A stretch of 63,676 nucleotides of DNA, filler included, from Asterionella formosa (Eukaryota): the NCBI GenBank assembly GCA_002256025.1. It is 25 parts of 25 records of this genome, joined end to end, with 100 filler letters (N's around TTAATTAATTAA, not from the genome) between each part and the next. Parts side by side here need not be neighbours in the genome. Positions count along the whole stretch, not along the records: positions 1 to 2,461 come from NKIB01015235.1; positions 2,562 to 5,019 come from NKIB01015236.1; positions 5,120 to 7,574 come from NKIB01015237.1; positions 7,675 to 10,132 come from NKIB01015238.1; positions 10,233 to 12,689 come from NKIB01015240.1; 20 more parts are not named here. The stretch is one strand, 5' to 3'. Below are positions 1-11,729 of this stretch, piece by piece. How positions within the stretch are numbered: the stretch's first letter is position 1; each line of letters begins with the position of its first letter. The notes under the pieces were generated by a model, which ran no database searches, was not told the origin of the DNA, and saw only the letters and a list, made by a program, of their open reading frames with translations. The position numbers and the translations under genes were made by a program.

Positions 1-1
1 C

Positions 2-2461
2 ACTAGATTTTCCGGTAAGAATTGCTGCACGGGCTCGTTTGCTCGAAAGGAGCTTGCAAACATCAACAATGGTACTGTCACTCTGAACAAGCACAGGCTT
101 TAACGGACGCAGCTTTGAGACTTGACGGAAGCTTCTGCCTGCTCGCTCCATGTTGAGTGAACTGGGACGATTTGACTGTTTTCCGCTTTCACGACTTTGA
201 AAGGAACATGTTTCTGAACCATCGTCCATGTCCATCGCATTCGCGAAAATAGATCGCCAGCCTTCCGCACCGCCACAACCGTAAATCAAGTCCATTACAT
301 CGACTAAACCAACAACAGTACCATCTGATTCACAGACAGGCAATGTTAGGAATTTGTTGTCGTGCATAGTTTGCAACGCCTCTAATACTGTCAGATCTGG
401 CGACACTGATTCGGGATTGGCAGTCATAACAGCCGAGACTTGCGTCGCTTTGAGGGGTAGATCCTTTGCAACAGCTCTGGTCATCATGTCCTTGAATCCA
501 AATATTCCCACTAGGCGACCACTGTCAACAACCAATGCAGCTTTTCGACGTTCAGCCATCAACTCACCAGCGTCCTGGAGAGTTGTTGTTCGAGCAACAA
601 TGGTGGCGGGCCTGCCAGCCAACAAGCTGCGGAGTTTGGGTGAGCTTTGACTGCCAAAAGCCTGAGCCATTAAAGGTGCCAATAGTGCCTGCAATAACTT
701 TGCTTGCGCCTCCCCTGCTCCTTGAAGAGTAGCTACTTGCTTCACGGCGTCCTCCGCGACATAGCTCGTCTTCTCAACTGAACGTTCGAGCTTAGATATA
801 GCATCATTGAGGCATTTCGCGATGTCCAATAGGCCGACGACTGCACCGGTGTCATCAACAACCGGAAGATGCCGGAAGTGATTCTCAACCATTGTGGTCA
901 TAGCGTCCATGGCAGAATCAGACATAGATACACACTTAGGATTAGGAGTCATAACTTCGCAGATGGGAGTGGTCTTAATCACAAGGCACTTAGCGACTAC
1001 ACGTCGTGTAATATCCGTATCCGTAATGATACCCGCAAGATTACCAGAGGAGTCAATAACGAGCGAGGCGTCACCTCGTTTATTTGCCAGCATTTGAGAA
1101 ACTGTGAGAACTGTGTCATCGACATTTGACAAAAGCGGTTTTTTGGGTCGCAGCTTGGATACTGGGCGCGTATCAGATGATCTTGGCAGTCCCCCATTGC
1201 GATATGATTGGCTCGCTCGTGATTCGTTGTCATGACTACGTAACGAGTTCATGTCAGAAACATCATCTAATTCCATTGCCTTAGTGAAAATAGATCGCCA
1301 GCCTTCCGCACCGCCACAACCGTAAATCAAGTCCATTACATCGACTAAACCAACAACAGTACCATCTGATTCACAGACAGGCAATGTTAGGAATTTGTTG
1401 TCGTGCATAGTTTGCAACGCCTCTAATACTGTCAGATCTGGCGACACTGATTCGGGATTGGCAGTCATAACAGCCGAGACTTGCGTCGCTTTGAGGGGTA
1501 GATCCTTTGCAACAGCTCTGGTCATCATGTCCTTGAATCCAAATATTCCCACTAGGCGACCACTGTCAACAACCAATGCAGCTTTTCGACGTTCAGCCAT
1601 CAACTCACCAGCGTCCTGGAGAGTTGTTGTTCGAGCAACAATGGTGGCGGGCCTGCCAGCCAACAAGCTGCGGAGTTTGGGTGAGCTTTGACTGCCAAAA
1701 GCCTGAGCCATTAAAGGTGCCAATAGTGCCTGCAATAACTTTGCTTGCGCCTCCCCTGCTCCTTGAAGAGTAGCTACTTGCTTCACGGCGTCCTCCGCGA
1801 CATAGCTCGTCTTCTCAACTGAACGTTCGAGCTTAGATATAGCATCATTGAGGCATTTCGCGATGTCCAATAGGCCGACGACTGCACCGGTGTCATCAAC
1901 AACCGGAAGATGCCGGAAGTGATTCTCAACCATTGTGGTCATAGCGTCCATGGCAGAATCAGACATAGATACACACTTAGGATTGGGAGTCATCACTTCG
2001 CAGATGGGAGTGGTCTTAATCACAAGGCACTTAGCGACTACACGTCGTGTAATATCCGTATCCGTAATGATACCCGCAAGATTACCAGAGGAGTCAATAA
2101 CGAGCGAGGCGTCACCTCGTTTATTTGCCAGCATTTGAGAAACTGTGAGAACTGTGTCATCGACATTTGACAAAAGCGGTTTTTTGGGTCGAAGTTGCGA
2201 TACCGGCCGCTCCTTCGACATCTCCTTCACAGGAGCTAAACTGGACAAATGCGACTGACTTGCACCGTCGAGATAAGTTCTGCTGACAACTGAGCTCACG
2301 TCAGAAATTTCGTCGTTGAAGTCCATCGCATTTCTGAAGATTGATCGCCACCCTTCGGCACCTCCGCAACCGTAAATGACATCCATCACGTCAACCAAGC
2401 CTACCACACGGCCATCACTTTCACACACTGGTAGCGTCAAGAAGTCATTGTCGTGCATCAC
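2..2461 (-). CDS. Multi-CBS-domain protein, internal fragment (CBSCBSPB/Mug70-type modules; probably the tail of a stramenopile class-XXIX myosin)
   Basis: Manual translation gives an uninterrupted minus-strand frame across the whole contig; it is absent from the ORF track because it has no stop. Motifs: MHDNDFLTLPVCESDGRVVGLVDVMD, LAGIITDTDITRRVVAK, VMTPNPKCVS, ENHFRHLPVVD, GIFGFKDMMTRAVAK, VMTANPESVSPD. Parts of four 4xCBS modules are present. The myosin assignment is inferred from the known class-XXIX architecture; no motor domain is visible. Confidence 0.88.
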   Translation of the reverse strand, partial: MMHDNDFLTLPVCESDGRVVGLVDVMDVIYGCGGAEGWRSIFRNAMDFNDEISDVSSVVSRTYLDGASQSHLSSLAPVKEMSKERPVSQLRPKKPLLSNVDDTVLTVSQMLANKRGDASLVIDSSGNLAGIITDTDITRRVVAKCLVIKTTPICEVMTPNPKCVSMSDSAMDAMTTMVENHFRHLPVVDDTGAVVGLLDIAKCLNDAISKLERSVEKTSYVAEDAVKQVATLQGAGEAQAKLLQALLAPLMAQAFGSQSSPKLRSLLAGRPATIVARTTTLQDAGELMAERRKAALVVDSGRLVGIFGFKDMMTRAVAKDLPLKATQVSAVMTANPESVSPDLTVLEALQTMHDNKFLTLPVCESDGTVVGLVDVMDLIYGCGGAEGWRSIFTKAMELDDVSDMNSLRSHDNESRASQSYRNGGLPRSSDTRPVSKLRPKKPLLSNVDDTVLTVSQMLANKRGDASLVIDSSGNLAGIITDTDITRRVVAKCLVIKTTPICEVMTPNPKCVSMSDSAMDAMTTMVENHFRHLPVVDDTGAVVGLLDIAKCLNDAISKLERSVEKTSYVAEDAVKQVATLQGAGEAQAKLLQALLAPLMAQAFGSQSSPKLRSLLAGRPATIVARTTTLQDAGELMAERRKAALVVDSGRLVGIFGFKDMMTRAVAKDLPLKATQVSAVMTANPESVSPDLTVLEALQTMHDNKFLTLPVCESDGTVVGLVDVMDLIYGCGGAEGWRSIFANAMDMDDGSETCSFQSRESGKQSNRPSSLNMERAGRSFRQVSKLRPLKPVLVQSDSTIVDVCKLLSSKRARAAILTGKSS
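245..2191. repeat. Intragenic tandem duplication, 906-bp near-identical units (245-1150 and 1286-2191), period 1041 bp
   Basis: Direct comparison; shadow ORFs recur with a 1041-nt offset (354/1395, 535/1576, 869/1910). I noticed only two substitutions. Confidence 0.95.
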
Positions 2462-2561
2462 NNNNNNNNNNNNNNNNNNNNNNNNNNNNNNNNNNNNNNN
2501 NNNNNTTAATTAATTAANNNNNNNNNNNNNNNNNNNNNNNNNNNNNNNNNNNNNNNNNNNN
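2462..2561. other. Artificial contig-joining spacer (first of 24)
   Basis: 100 nt of N with a central TTAATTAATTAA (stops in all six frames). The same spacer starts at about 5020, 7575, 10133, 12690, 15247, 17804, 20360, 22916, 25469, 28021, 30573, 33125, 35675, 38225, 40774, 43322, 45869, 48416, 50963, 53510, 56056, 58590 and 61134. Confidence 0.99.
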
Positions 2562-2997
2562 GCATGCCGTTCCGAATGAGCAGGCTTTATTTCATTAATG
2601 AAACTCTTTAATTTAGTTGAATGAACTCCAGAAAATTACGTAAACAAATGTGTTACATATTAAGTGAACTTTATTCTAGAATTATGTGAACGAAATTACA
2701 GAATTACGTGAAGTATTTCAAATAATTATGTGAAGTATTTTCAAATAATTATGTGAAGTATTTCAAATAATTATGTGAAGTATTTCAAATAATTATGTGA
2801 AGGTGATCACATAATGTAGTGATGATCAGGAATGCATGCATGATACTTTGATCAAATATTTAACGTGATGTATTCAAATAATATGTAGATATATTCAACT
2901 ACGTATTTTGATGTATTCAACTAATTCATGTGATGCATTCAAAATCAACTAGGCTTATTTATGTGATGGTCACTTCACGTAATACGCGGCTTAGATG
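2562..2997. mobile_element. Opposite ('right') end of the CATCTAAG-TIR DNA transposon, with 21-22-bp subterminal tandem repeats
   Basis: Ends in CGTAATACGCGGCTTAGATG, an imperfect inverted match to CATCTAAGCCGCGAAATACG. About four copies of AAATAATTATGTGAAGTATTTC lie at 2710-2800. It abuts Copia integrase sequence. Confidence 0.75.
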
Positions 2998-5019
2998 TGT
3001 GGAACAAATGCACACCATCAAAATGGTGTAGCAGAACAGGCTATTAGAACAGTATCTGACATGGCACGCTCAATGATTCTCCATGCTTCCAGTCATTGAA
3101 AAGGAGGGATCGACAGCACACTTTAGCCTATGGCAGTTACTTACACTGTGCACCTTTACAATCATACACCAAATAATCATTCCTTTTGCCCAGCTGATCT
3201 CTACACTGGAAGCACAATTCCCAGACATTGACTGCGAGATCTTCACACTTGGGGATGTTCAATGATTTCTTGACCCAACTCTTCAATCTGGGAAGAAATT
3301 GCCTAGATATCAACCACGATCACGACGAGGTGTGTTCCTTGGATTGAGCTCCATTCACTCCAGTGAAGTCCCCTTGGTCCTTAATTTGCTAACTGGGAGT
3401 ATTACCACTCAATATCTTGTGGTTTTTGACGACAGTTTCTCCACGGTGGCGTCAATTGGAAAAGATGAAGACCCTCCTGAATACTGGGACGGTTTGTGTC
3501 TGGAAAATACAATTTACATACCGAACGATTCAAACACTGAAACACCAATGCATCTTCAAGACGACTGGCTCACTTCAGATGAACAAGCAGAAAAACAGAG
3601 GGAGCTTCATCGACAACAGCGGATTCGTACCACATTTTCCCCCACACACTTCATTACGGCAGCTTTACCACCTGAAGGACCATCAACACCAGCAGAACAA
3701 AATATCGGCATTTTAGAGGGAGCATCTGCTCCAATACCTCCTCCTAAAGTACCTATTCCACTCAGCACTGATAGTGCACACACAAAACACATACCAGATT
3801 CTATTGCAAGTTCACCCCACTCTTCACCACCAGTGCCAGCAGTTCGACGATCTGAAAGGACGAATAAGGGTCAGTATAATTGTACAAAATATATTGACGA
3901 AGTATAGTTGACCATGCTGGATCAAACCAAGCATGACAATTTCTACAAGAAACAACTGGCATATTCAGCAGAATTACTTACCTGTTTTGACAGTTGTTCA
4001 CAACATTACTGACCCTCGAGTGTATGCATCCAAAACACGCCGCAAAGATGACCCGGATTCTCCAACGTTTCATCAGGCTATCCATGGCGAAAATTCAGAA
4101 GAGTACATTAAAGCCATGCAAATAGAGATTGCAACTCTCATTCTTCAACGTACCTGGGAATCTGTGCCAAGAACTGCAAACCTCAATGTATTAAAAGGAA
4201 CATGGGTATTCAAACTGAAACGGCTCCCAGGTGGCACACCTTATCGCTTCCAAGCACGCGTTTGTGCACAAAGAGATCTCCAAAAGGAGGGCATTGTCTT
4301 CTTCGAGACCTATGCACCTGTTGTACTTTCGTCTACCATTCGCTTGCTATTGTTAACTGTTCTCACTGAGGGCTGGTCAACCCGTCAAGTCAACTACACC
4401 AACGCATTTGCTCAAGGCAATCTCAAAGAATAAGTATATCTGGAATACCCTCGCATTTTGGACCCAAGTCCGGCACCAATAAAGTGTTGCGACTGCTAAA
4501 AAGTCTATATGGACTTCGTCAAGCTCCTTGCACCTTCTTTGAGAAACTTCGGGAGGGACTTTTGGAACATGGGTACACTCAATCTCAAATTGATCCATGC
4601 TTGTTCATGAAACAAGGAATTATTTGTGTCTGCTATATCGATGACACCATATTTGCTGGAGCGGACTCACTTGTTCTTGAAGCAAAAATCCAAAGCCTTG
4701 GCGTCCATGAAAAGGAACAGCGTCACACTTTTGCACTTAGAAATGAAGGAGAAGTTGGTGCCTTTCTTGGAATTCAAATATAAAAAACTTGACTGCAGGA
4801 ATATAATCTCACTCAAACCGGACTAATTGACACAAAGTCCTTGCAGCAACTGGCATGTCTGATTGTAATGGAGTGGATACACCATTGACTAATACTCCCT
4901 CAGAAAATGATTTCGATGGAGATCCGTTCACTGAAACCTGGCAATACAATTCAATCATTGGCATGCTGATGTACCTGACTGCAAATACCCGCCCAGATAT
5001 TGCTTATGCCATTCATCAA
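2998..5019 (+). mobile_element. Degenerate Ty1/Copia pol (integrase C-part and RT)
   Basis: Motifs CGTNAHHQNGVAEQAIRTV, PRYQPRSRRGVFLGLS, GTWVFKLKR, ETYAPVV, KSLYGLRQAP, DPCLF, CYIDD, NTRPDIAYAIHQ; several stops and frameshifts. Confidence 0.93.
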
Positions 5020-5119
5020 NNNNNNNNNNNNNNNNNNNNNNNNNNNNNNNNNNNNNNNNNNNNTTAATTAATTAANNNNNNNNNNNNNNNNNNNNNNNNN
5101 NNNNNNNNNNNNNNNNNNN

Positions 5120-5958
5120 GTGATCATAATGGTATATAAAATTATATACAATTATAGATAAAAATTTAAGTACTGCTGTGACCCATTACCGGCAAATTTT
5201 GTCCACATTAAAGGGTTCGTATCTCAGTACCTCGACCTTCAATGAGAATACCGACAGATCCACAATCTGCTGACTCCTTTGGTTAACAAGACCTGGAAGT
5301 TTGATTCTCGCAAGGCATGGAAAAGGTGTAGTCGAACTAATCAAACGAATAGGAGAACTCAGTGGGTCACAGCAGTTCTTTACTGGTACCAGGTAGTCTA
5401 CCGTACAAGGGTACCAGAGTACCAGGTAGTATATTGGAACAAAGACATATCTAATACGTGTGCATGTGACAGTACTGCTTGAATATTTGGATTAATGACA
5501 GACAGCATACTGTTGATGTTTTGCTTGTGGGAGGGCAGGAGCTTAGTAGGGATGAGGGCGATATTGCAGTGTTGTTGATAGGCGCAAGCATTTCATGTGG
5601 CTGAATGCATTTGCGTGTGATAGTGATATAAATACTGGATGCGAAAATTCTTAAAAATAATTTTGCGAAAACCAAACGGGGTAATCCGTGATCATAATGG
5701 TATATAAAATTATATACAATTATAGATAAAAATTTAAGTACTGCTGTGACCCATTACCGGCAAATTTTGTCCACATTAAAGGGTTCGTATCTCAGTACCT
5801 CGACCTTCAATGAGAATACCGACAGATCCACAATCTGCTGACTCCTTTGGTTAACAAGACCTGGAAGTTTGATTCTCGCAAGGCATGGAAAAGGTGTAGT
5901 CGAACTAATCAAACGAATAGGAGAACTCAGTGGGTCACAGCAGTTCTTTACTGGTACC
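5120..5958. repeat. 271-bp direct duplication (5120-5390 and 5688-5958), each copy containing a ~205-bp MITE-like element
   Basis: Identical blocks offset by 568 nt. Internal inverted termini ACTGCTGTGACCCA...TGGGTCACAGCAGT at 5172-5376 and 5740-5944. Confidence 0.85.
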
Positions 5959-6660
5959 GTTCCTGAACTCTGGTTCTTCTGTACCTGGTACCAGGTACCG
6001 TACTGATTTTTAGATAACGTTTAAACACGGACAATGAGCACACATGTTGGCGTACTCCTAATTTATAGCGGTATGTGTTTTGGCGTTGGGCAGAATAATG
6101 TCTACATACAGCAATGTTGATATAGTATCAACGCTTAAAAATCATTTTTGTTTGTTTAAAATGGAATTCTATCAATCTGGCGCCGATTCCTATTTAATTC
6201 AAATATTCATATGGACACTCGAATCATGGGAATTCATAGAAGGAAACTCCCTGTTCCACGCCGTTTTTACAACCCTAGCGATATATTCTCCAAACTAGGG
6301 TAAAGCCGGGGCCCCAGCCCTAATGTTGCTATTTACGTTTTAGACTACAGTACCAGGTACGGAGAAAACGGTGGTGCAGTTGGTTTGCTCGCAGTGTTGG
6401 ATTATCAAGAAAGGTCCAATTTCTTGTACTCCCCTCTAAGTAAAATCAGTCGTGGCTGTGTACATTGAGGGGCACGAAACATCAGGTTTTACGGTACCTG
6501 GTACTGGTAACATCGTGTTCCGGCCGGTTTGACTGAATGAATTACCGGTTGGAGTTTGCATGTAGAATTCAACGATAATGGGCAGGACTACCGGCACTTG
6601 AAGAATTCCGGTAACACGACCAAAAAGAAGAAGGTAAACAAAACAACCAAATCAGCAAAC

Positions 6661-7574
6661 ATGGCGACACTCAGTGCTTCAAACGCCCATACCAATATTC
6701 AGCATGATGGTCCAGTTGTGAATGAGCATGGCAAACGAGAAGAGTACCATAAGAATGGATTCTGTCCTAATCATCCAGAAATTCAGCTTCGCGAAAAGAA
6801 AAGGTTTGGTGGAGTTTGGAAGACGTTGCTGTCGAGCTGCCCTACGTGCGATCATTATCGTAGGAATACCCAAGGGCCTACTGCTCCAACGATTCCAATG
6901 CCTCAGCAGCCTCCTTCGCCAGCAACACAATCTCAGCCTTCAACCCAAGTTCCAACCACTTCAATTTCGTCTCCCATTGCTGACATTCAAGAAGAAGGTC
7001 TCATGGGGCTTTCGAACTTGGCTTTGCATGACAACAACAATGTGACAAAGAACGCTAAAACAGGAGGGCCTATTGTCCCTGCAGGAGTTCCTACTTTCCC
7101 TTCAAGTTTGTCTCGGATTTCTGCGACTGTTTCAGCAACTGTTTCAAAGATGCAAATGAATGAGCAGGATGCTGATATTCAAGTTGATGGTCTCAAGGAG
7201 CTTGGGAACTTGGCTGTGGATGATGAAAACAACCAGGAGACAATTGCTCAGTTAGGAGGTATTGCTAGGATTGTGTCTGCGATGAAGGATCATCCAAAGA
7301 ATGCTAATGTCCAAAAATATGGTTGTGCAGCACTTCAGAAGTTGGCTGAGAATGTCAACAACCCAGAGTCAATTGCTGACGCAAAAGGCATCACTCCAAT
7401 TCTGTCTGCAATGAAGGATCATCCAAACAATGCTAATGTACAACAATATGGTTGTGCAGCACTTCAGAAGTTGGCAGAGAATGTCAACAACAAGGTGATG
7501 ATTGCTGATGAAGGAGGCATTGCTAGGATTGTGTTTGCGATGAGGAGTTATCCAAACAATGCTAATGTCCAAGA
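6661..7574 (+). CDS. Armadillo-repeat protein with an N-terminal Cys/His module (3' truncated)
   Basis: First ATG of the 6556 ORF is at 6661. 42-aa repeats GGIARIVSAMKDHPKNANVQKYGCAALQKLAENVNN; N-terminal CPNHP...W...CPTC; Pro/Gln/Ser linker. Confidence 0.85.
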
Positions 7575-8629
7575 NNNNNNNNNNNNNNNNNNNNNNNNNN
7601 NNNNNNNNNNNNNNNNNNTTAATTAATTAANNNNNNNNNNNNNNNNNNNNNNNNNNNNNNNNNNNNNNNNNNNNTTTCTCTCTTGTCTCTGCTTCTAGCC
7701 TTCCTGCTAGATAGACTAATTGACCTTCCTGTCAATTAACACACTGTTTCCTCGGTTGATAATCTAAATCTCAAATTAAATTATAAGCTAAACTAAATGT
7801 TTCCTTTCCATGCATCTTTGCTTCCTGCAAAGTCGTTCTAAGACTCTCTTCGAGTTTCCACTTAACATTTCCTTAGAAATCTTCAATCTCTGATCTCGTT
7901 AGACAGCTGATTGACGTGGCAATGCAATATTCGACTCGTTCGATTACAATCGAGTCCACAATCCTTGTGACTCGGGCTAATATTCTTGACAAAAGATATG
8001 TGTACAAAGTAGCATACCCAGTAGCCGGTATGTAGTTGTACTATACTACTATCACAAATCAAAATTGCATGCAGTTACTACTAATACTGCATGCATGCAT
8101 CCTCATAAGAATACTGATATTTACCAGGCACAGTACATGGGAGTCTTGTATGAATAGTGAATTTCTATTTGCAAATTGTCCTCGTTCGCAATGTGAGTAT
8201 CAGATGTAGCTATGTACCTGTGTGTCTATTTATTGGCGCCAATTTCATTTGCTCTTTTCAATTAATTTGAACGGAACCATTGCGATGCTTTCAAAATTTC
8301 CGACACCGATATGTATGCATACAGGTATAGTTCATTGTTGCACGTGCCTGCTATTGAAGAATCAAGCAAGCAATGAATGAGGATAGCGATTGTACAGTAC
8401 CTGGTAGTACAAAAGATCTTGACACGAATTATTGTCATGGCTGGTGTAAAGGATTATTACTGGTACGTTCAATCTTCTTTGCTTTTTTATCAAGCAGGCC
8501 ATATTAGAAGTGCGTACTTTATGTCTTCCGGCACCCTCTAGATCTGTAGAACACAAATTCGTAAAGGATTATAAATTGTGTTTTCTCGTCGCTCGTCGTC
8601 TTTTTGATATCGTTCACAACAAGACCAGC

Positions 8630-10132
8630 ATGTCATCAAGCAACAACAATAACAAGAAGAATGATCATGGTGCTAGCCTCTATGCTCATCAGTTTGCAGA
8701 AGAAGCAAAGAAGGAAGAGATGGAAGCCATTGCATCGGAGGATTTGGCAGGAGCAATGCTCCCTCACGATATGTCGTTGGTGAAAGTGGAAGACCAACAG
8801 AAGAAAGCCGCAGTTATCGTGCCTCCTCAAGATGAAAACGATTCATCTAATATTGTTATTCCAGCAGTCTTATCATCAACAGCAGCAGCTCTGCCTCGAC
8901 AAAACGTTCGTCCTGGCGCTTTTGCAGTCAGAGGACCAGGAGACATTCCACAGGATGACTCCTTCTTGCATGTCGACACTGCTCCCACTAGCACTAACAA
9001 CGTTCAGGATGAACTTGAGCAGGTGGAACCTGAATCACTATTCAAAGCTGTTCTTGTGGACGATCCTGAGATTCCAAGTGCGTCTATTGTTGATCATGAA
9101 GCAGAAGGAAAAGCCCAGTGTCGGCGTCAAGTGAGAAATACCTTGGTGGCAACTGGCATCTTAGTTTCCATCATTGCTATTGTCACATGGCAGCTCACAC
9201 AACGGCCAGACCCACCTTCTACATCATCACCATTGTTACCATTGTTTAATTTCTTGGTTGGACAATCATTTGATAATGGAACAGCACTTTTAACTCCTGG
9301 CTCTGCACAACAAAATGCATTGACATGGTTGGAGCAGGCGAGACTTTATAATAATGCCACTGACTACCGGTATACTTTGTTGCAATTCTATGCCTTGGCA
9401 GTGTTTAATTATGCGACTGGTGATCGTCTTTCAAAAAATACATGGTTGCAAGATAATGGAACTGCTTCTCAATACAATTATTGTGATTGGCGTTACATTT
9501 CGTGCAATAATGAGAGTGATATCACTAATTTTTACATTTTTGATGAGTTTATTCTTGTTGGATCACTACCGCCCGAGATTGGACTCCTGACAAGTGTCAC
9601 AAAAATAATTTTGTCCTCCCCTAGTACCTTCACTGGAAAACTTCCCTCACAGATTGGACTCTTGACAAGTCTCACGTTTCTATCTTTGCACTTCACTACA
9701 TTCACTGGAACACTTCCTCCTGAGATTGGAAACTTGACAAGTCTCTCTTATCTATCTTTTGGAAACAAATATTTCAATGGCACACTTCCTACAGAGATTG
9801 GACTCTTGACAAGTCTCACTTTTCTATCTTTGTCCTCCAATACATTCACTGGAACACTTCCCACAGAGATTGGACTCTTGACAAGTCTCGATTATCTAGA
9901 TTTGACATACAATACTTTCACTGGCACAATTCCGACTGAGATTGGACTATTGACAAGACTCTATGTTCTTTTTCTAACGAACAATACCTTTAATGGCACA
10001 CTTCCCACAGATATTGGACTCTTGACAAGTCTCGATTATCTAGATTTGTCCTTCAATTCTTTCACTGGCACACTTCCGACTGAGATTGGTCTTTTGACAA
10101 CAAGTCTCAGTGGACTAGGATTGAGTAACAAT
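8630..10132 (+). CDS. Single-pass membrane leucine-rich-repeat protein (diatom LRR family), 3' truncated
   Basis: ATG at 8630; RPGAFAV motif; TM segment LVATGILVSIIAIVTW; SAQQNALTWL and YCDWRYISC cap; 24-aa repeats LTSLTFLSLSSNTFTGTLPTEIGL. Confidence 0.9.
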
Positions 10133-10232
10133 NNNNNNNNNNNNNNNNNNNNNNNNNNNNNNNNNNNNNNNNNNNNTTAATTAATTAANNNNNNNNNNNN
10201 NNNNNNNNNNNNNNNNNNNNNNNNNNNNNNNN

Positions 10233-11729
10233 AACAGTATCTCTAACGGGCCCACAAGCTGGACAATTGGAGTCTTTGCACTTGCGGTAGTGGCTCAAGA
10301 TAGCGCGAGATGAAAAACAATGAGGAATTTTGCAGTTGTTATCTTTACAACCTTCCATGTGCCTCCACAAACGTTTCATGTCGGCGCAGTGAGGAGTGAC
10401 ACTGCATGTCCCATTTTCTGCAGGACACTTTGCTGAGTGATGCAAGAGAAGCAACCGTTGCTGTTTGTGTCTAATGCGTATCTTCCATTCGGAGTCATTG
10501 CTGTGAGACGGAGCTGGAACAGCAGCAGGAAGGGCACTTGCGACACGTGATGTATTTGGGTTAGACCTCGAGGGAACCATGTTGTATTGACCATTTGGTT
10601 GACGGAGCATATCCACTGCATTACCAGATGAGAGTCCTCCTGCCATCGGATTGATCTGGTCCATCTTAACAACCTGTCGTTGTTGTTGCATTTGCTGTTG
10701 CTGGATCAGTGGATTCTGCGAAGGCAGCGGGCCATTGTTCATATATGGAGACCGAGATCCACCACCATGAGAACTTGATCGCATCATATCATGACTCTGT
10801 GAGGTGTTCATTCCGCTAGAGTTGAATACCTGCGGCTGTTGCTGCTGTTCCGGCCGAGAAATATCAGGAGTTGTTCGTGAAGGATTGCTTCCACCACTCC
10901 GATCATGGTTCTTAGATTTTCTTGACACCTCCATTGCAATCAATTGTAATCTGTGCTTAAGTGTATTCATGTTCACGTATTCATCAAACGATTTTGCATT
11001 TCGATATAGTGAAACTTCAAGTTGCTTGGCCATCTGGGGCAGCTTATTGAGCCATTCAGGAGACCCGTTCTTGTCCTTCTTGAGCATTTTAACACTAAAT
11101 GCAAAGAATTTTAACATGTATTAGGAAATATTGTAAAGTATAAAGTGAATGTTTCTCAGGAGTGTAACTTACATGTGCTGAATCATATCTCGCCTGTGAG
11201 GCATGTCTCGGTCACTTTGCCAGTTTCCATTCATGCCAGTTGCAATATATTGCCGTTGCCTATCACCCCCGGATGACGACGACGTCCCTCCTTGAGAAGC
11301 CATATTCACATTTTGAGCCGGAGCAGACTGCATTCCCATATGCTGTGGGTGCTGTGTGTGCGATTGTTGTGGCATTTGATGAATGTGATGTGAGTTGGAT
11401 TGCCCTTGAGTATTATGCATTTGGTATGGTTGGCTTTGATGGTGGTTATTCATGATTGGAACACCATTAAAGGAACTTTGCCTAGATCCCAGTGAAGGCT
11501 GTGGCATGGAAAACTGTCCACCCGGCACCATTCCTGTTGCCTGCTGTCTATGCATACTATGAGAAAAACCTCCTGAATTTTGGTGGTGGTGCTGTTGTTG
11601 TGGCATAACTGGCGCCGGTACTTGATGTCCACCCGGAGCCAATGGCACTCGCGGCATTGGTGCTCCTCCAAGTTGACCATTCTGAGACTGTTGCTGAGAA
11701 GAAGACGAACCATCGAATGGTGCCATCAT
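10233..11729 (-). CDS. CBP/p300-like transcriptional coactivator (KIX-like domain and TAZ zinc finger), 5' part; exons 11729-11173 and 11094-10233
   Basis: A 78-nt GTAAGT...TTTAG intron (11172-11095) restores WQSDRDMPHRRDMIQHI-VKMLKK...KQLEVSLYRNAKSFDEY. TAZ motif QQRLLLLHHSAKC...CSVTPHCADMKRLWRHMEGC...HCFSSRAILSHYRKC. Confidence 0.88.

Noticed and set aside
354..2170. Plus-strand ORFs in the first contig
   Set aside because: Antisense shadows of the minus-strand CBS reading frame.
2506..2517. TTAATTAATTAA palindrome recurring every ~2.55 kb
   Set aside because: Synthetic six-frame stop linker inside N runs.
7675..7991. LTR-like pyrimidine-rich segment
   Set aside because: No second copy, PBS, PPT or TSD in the window to support it.
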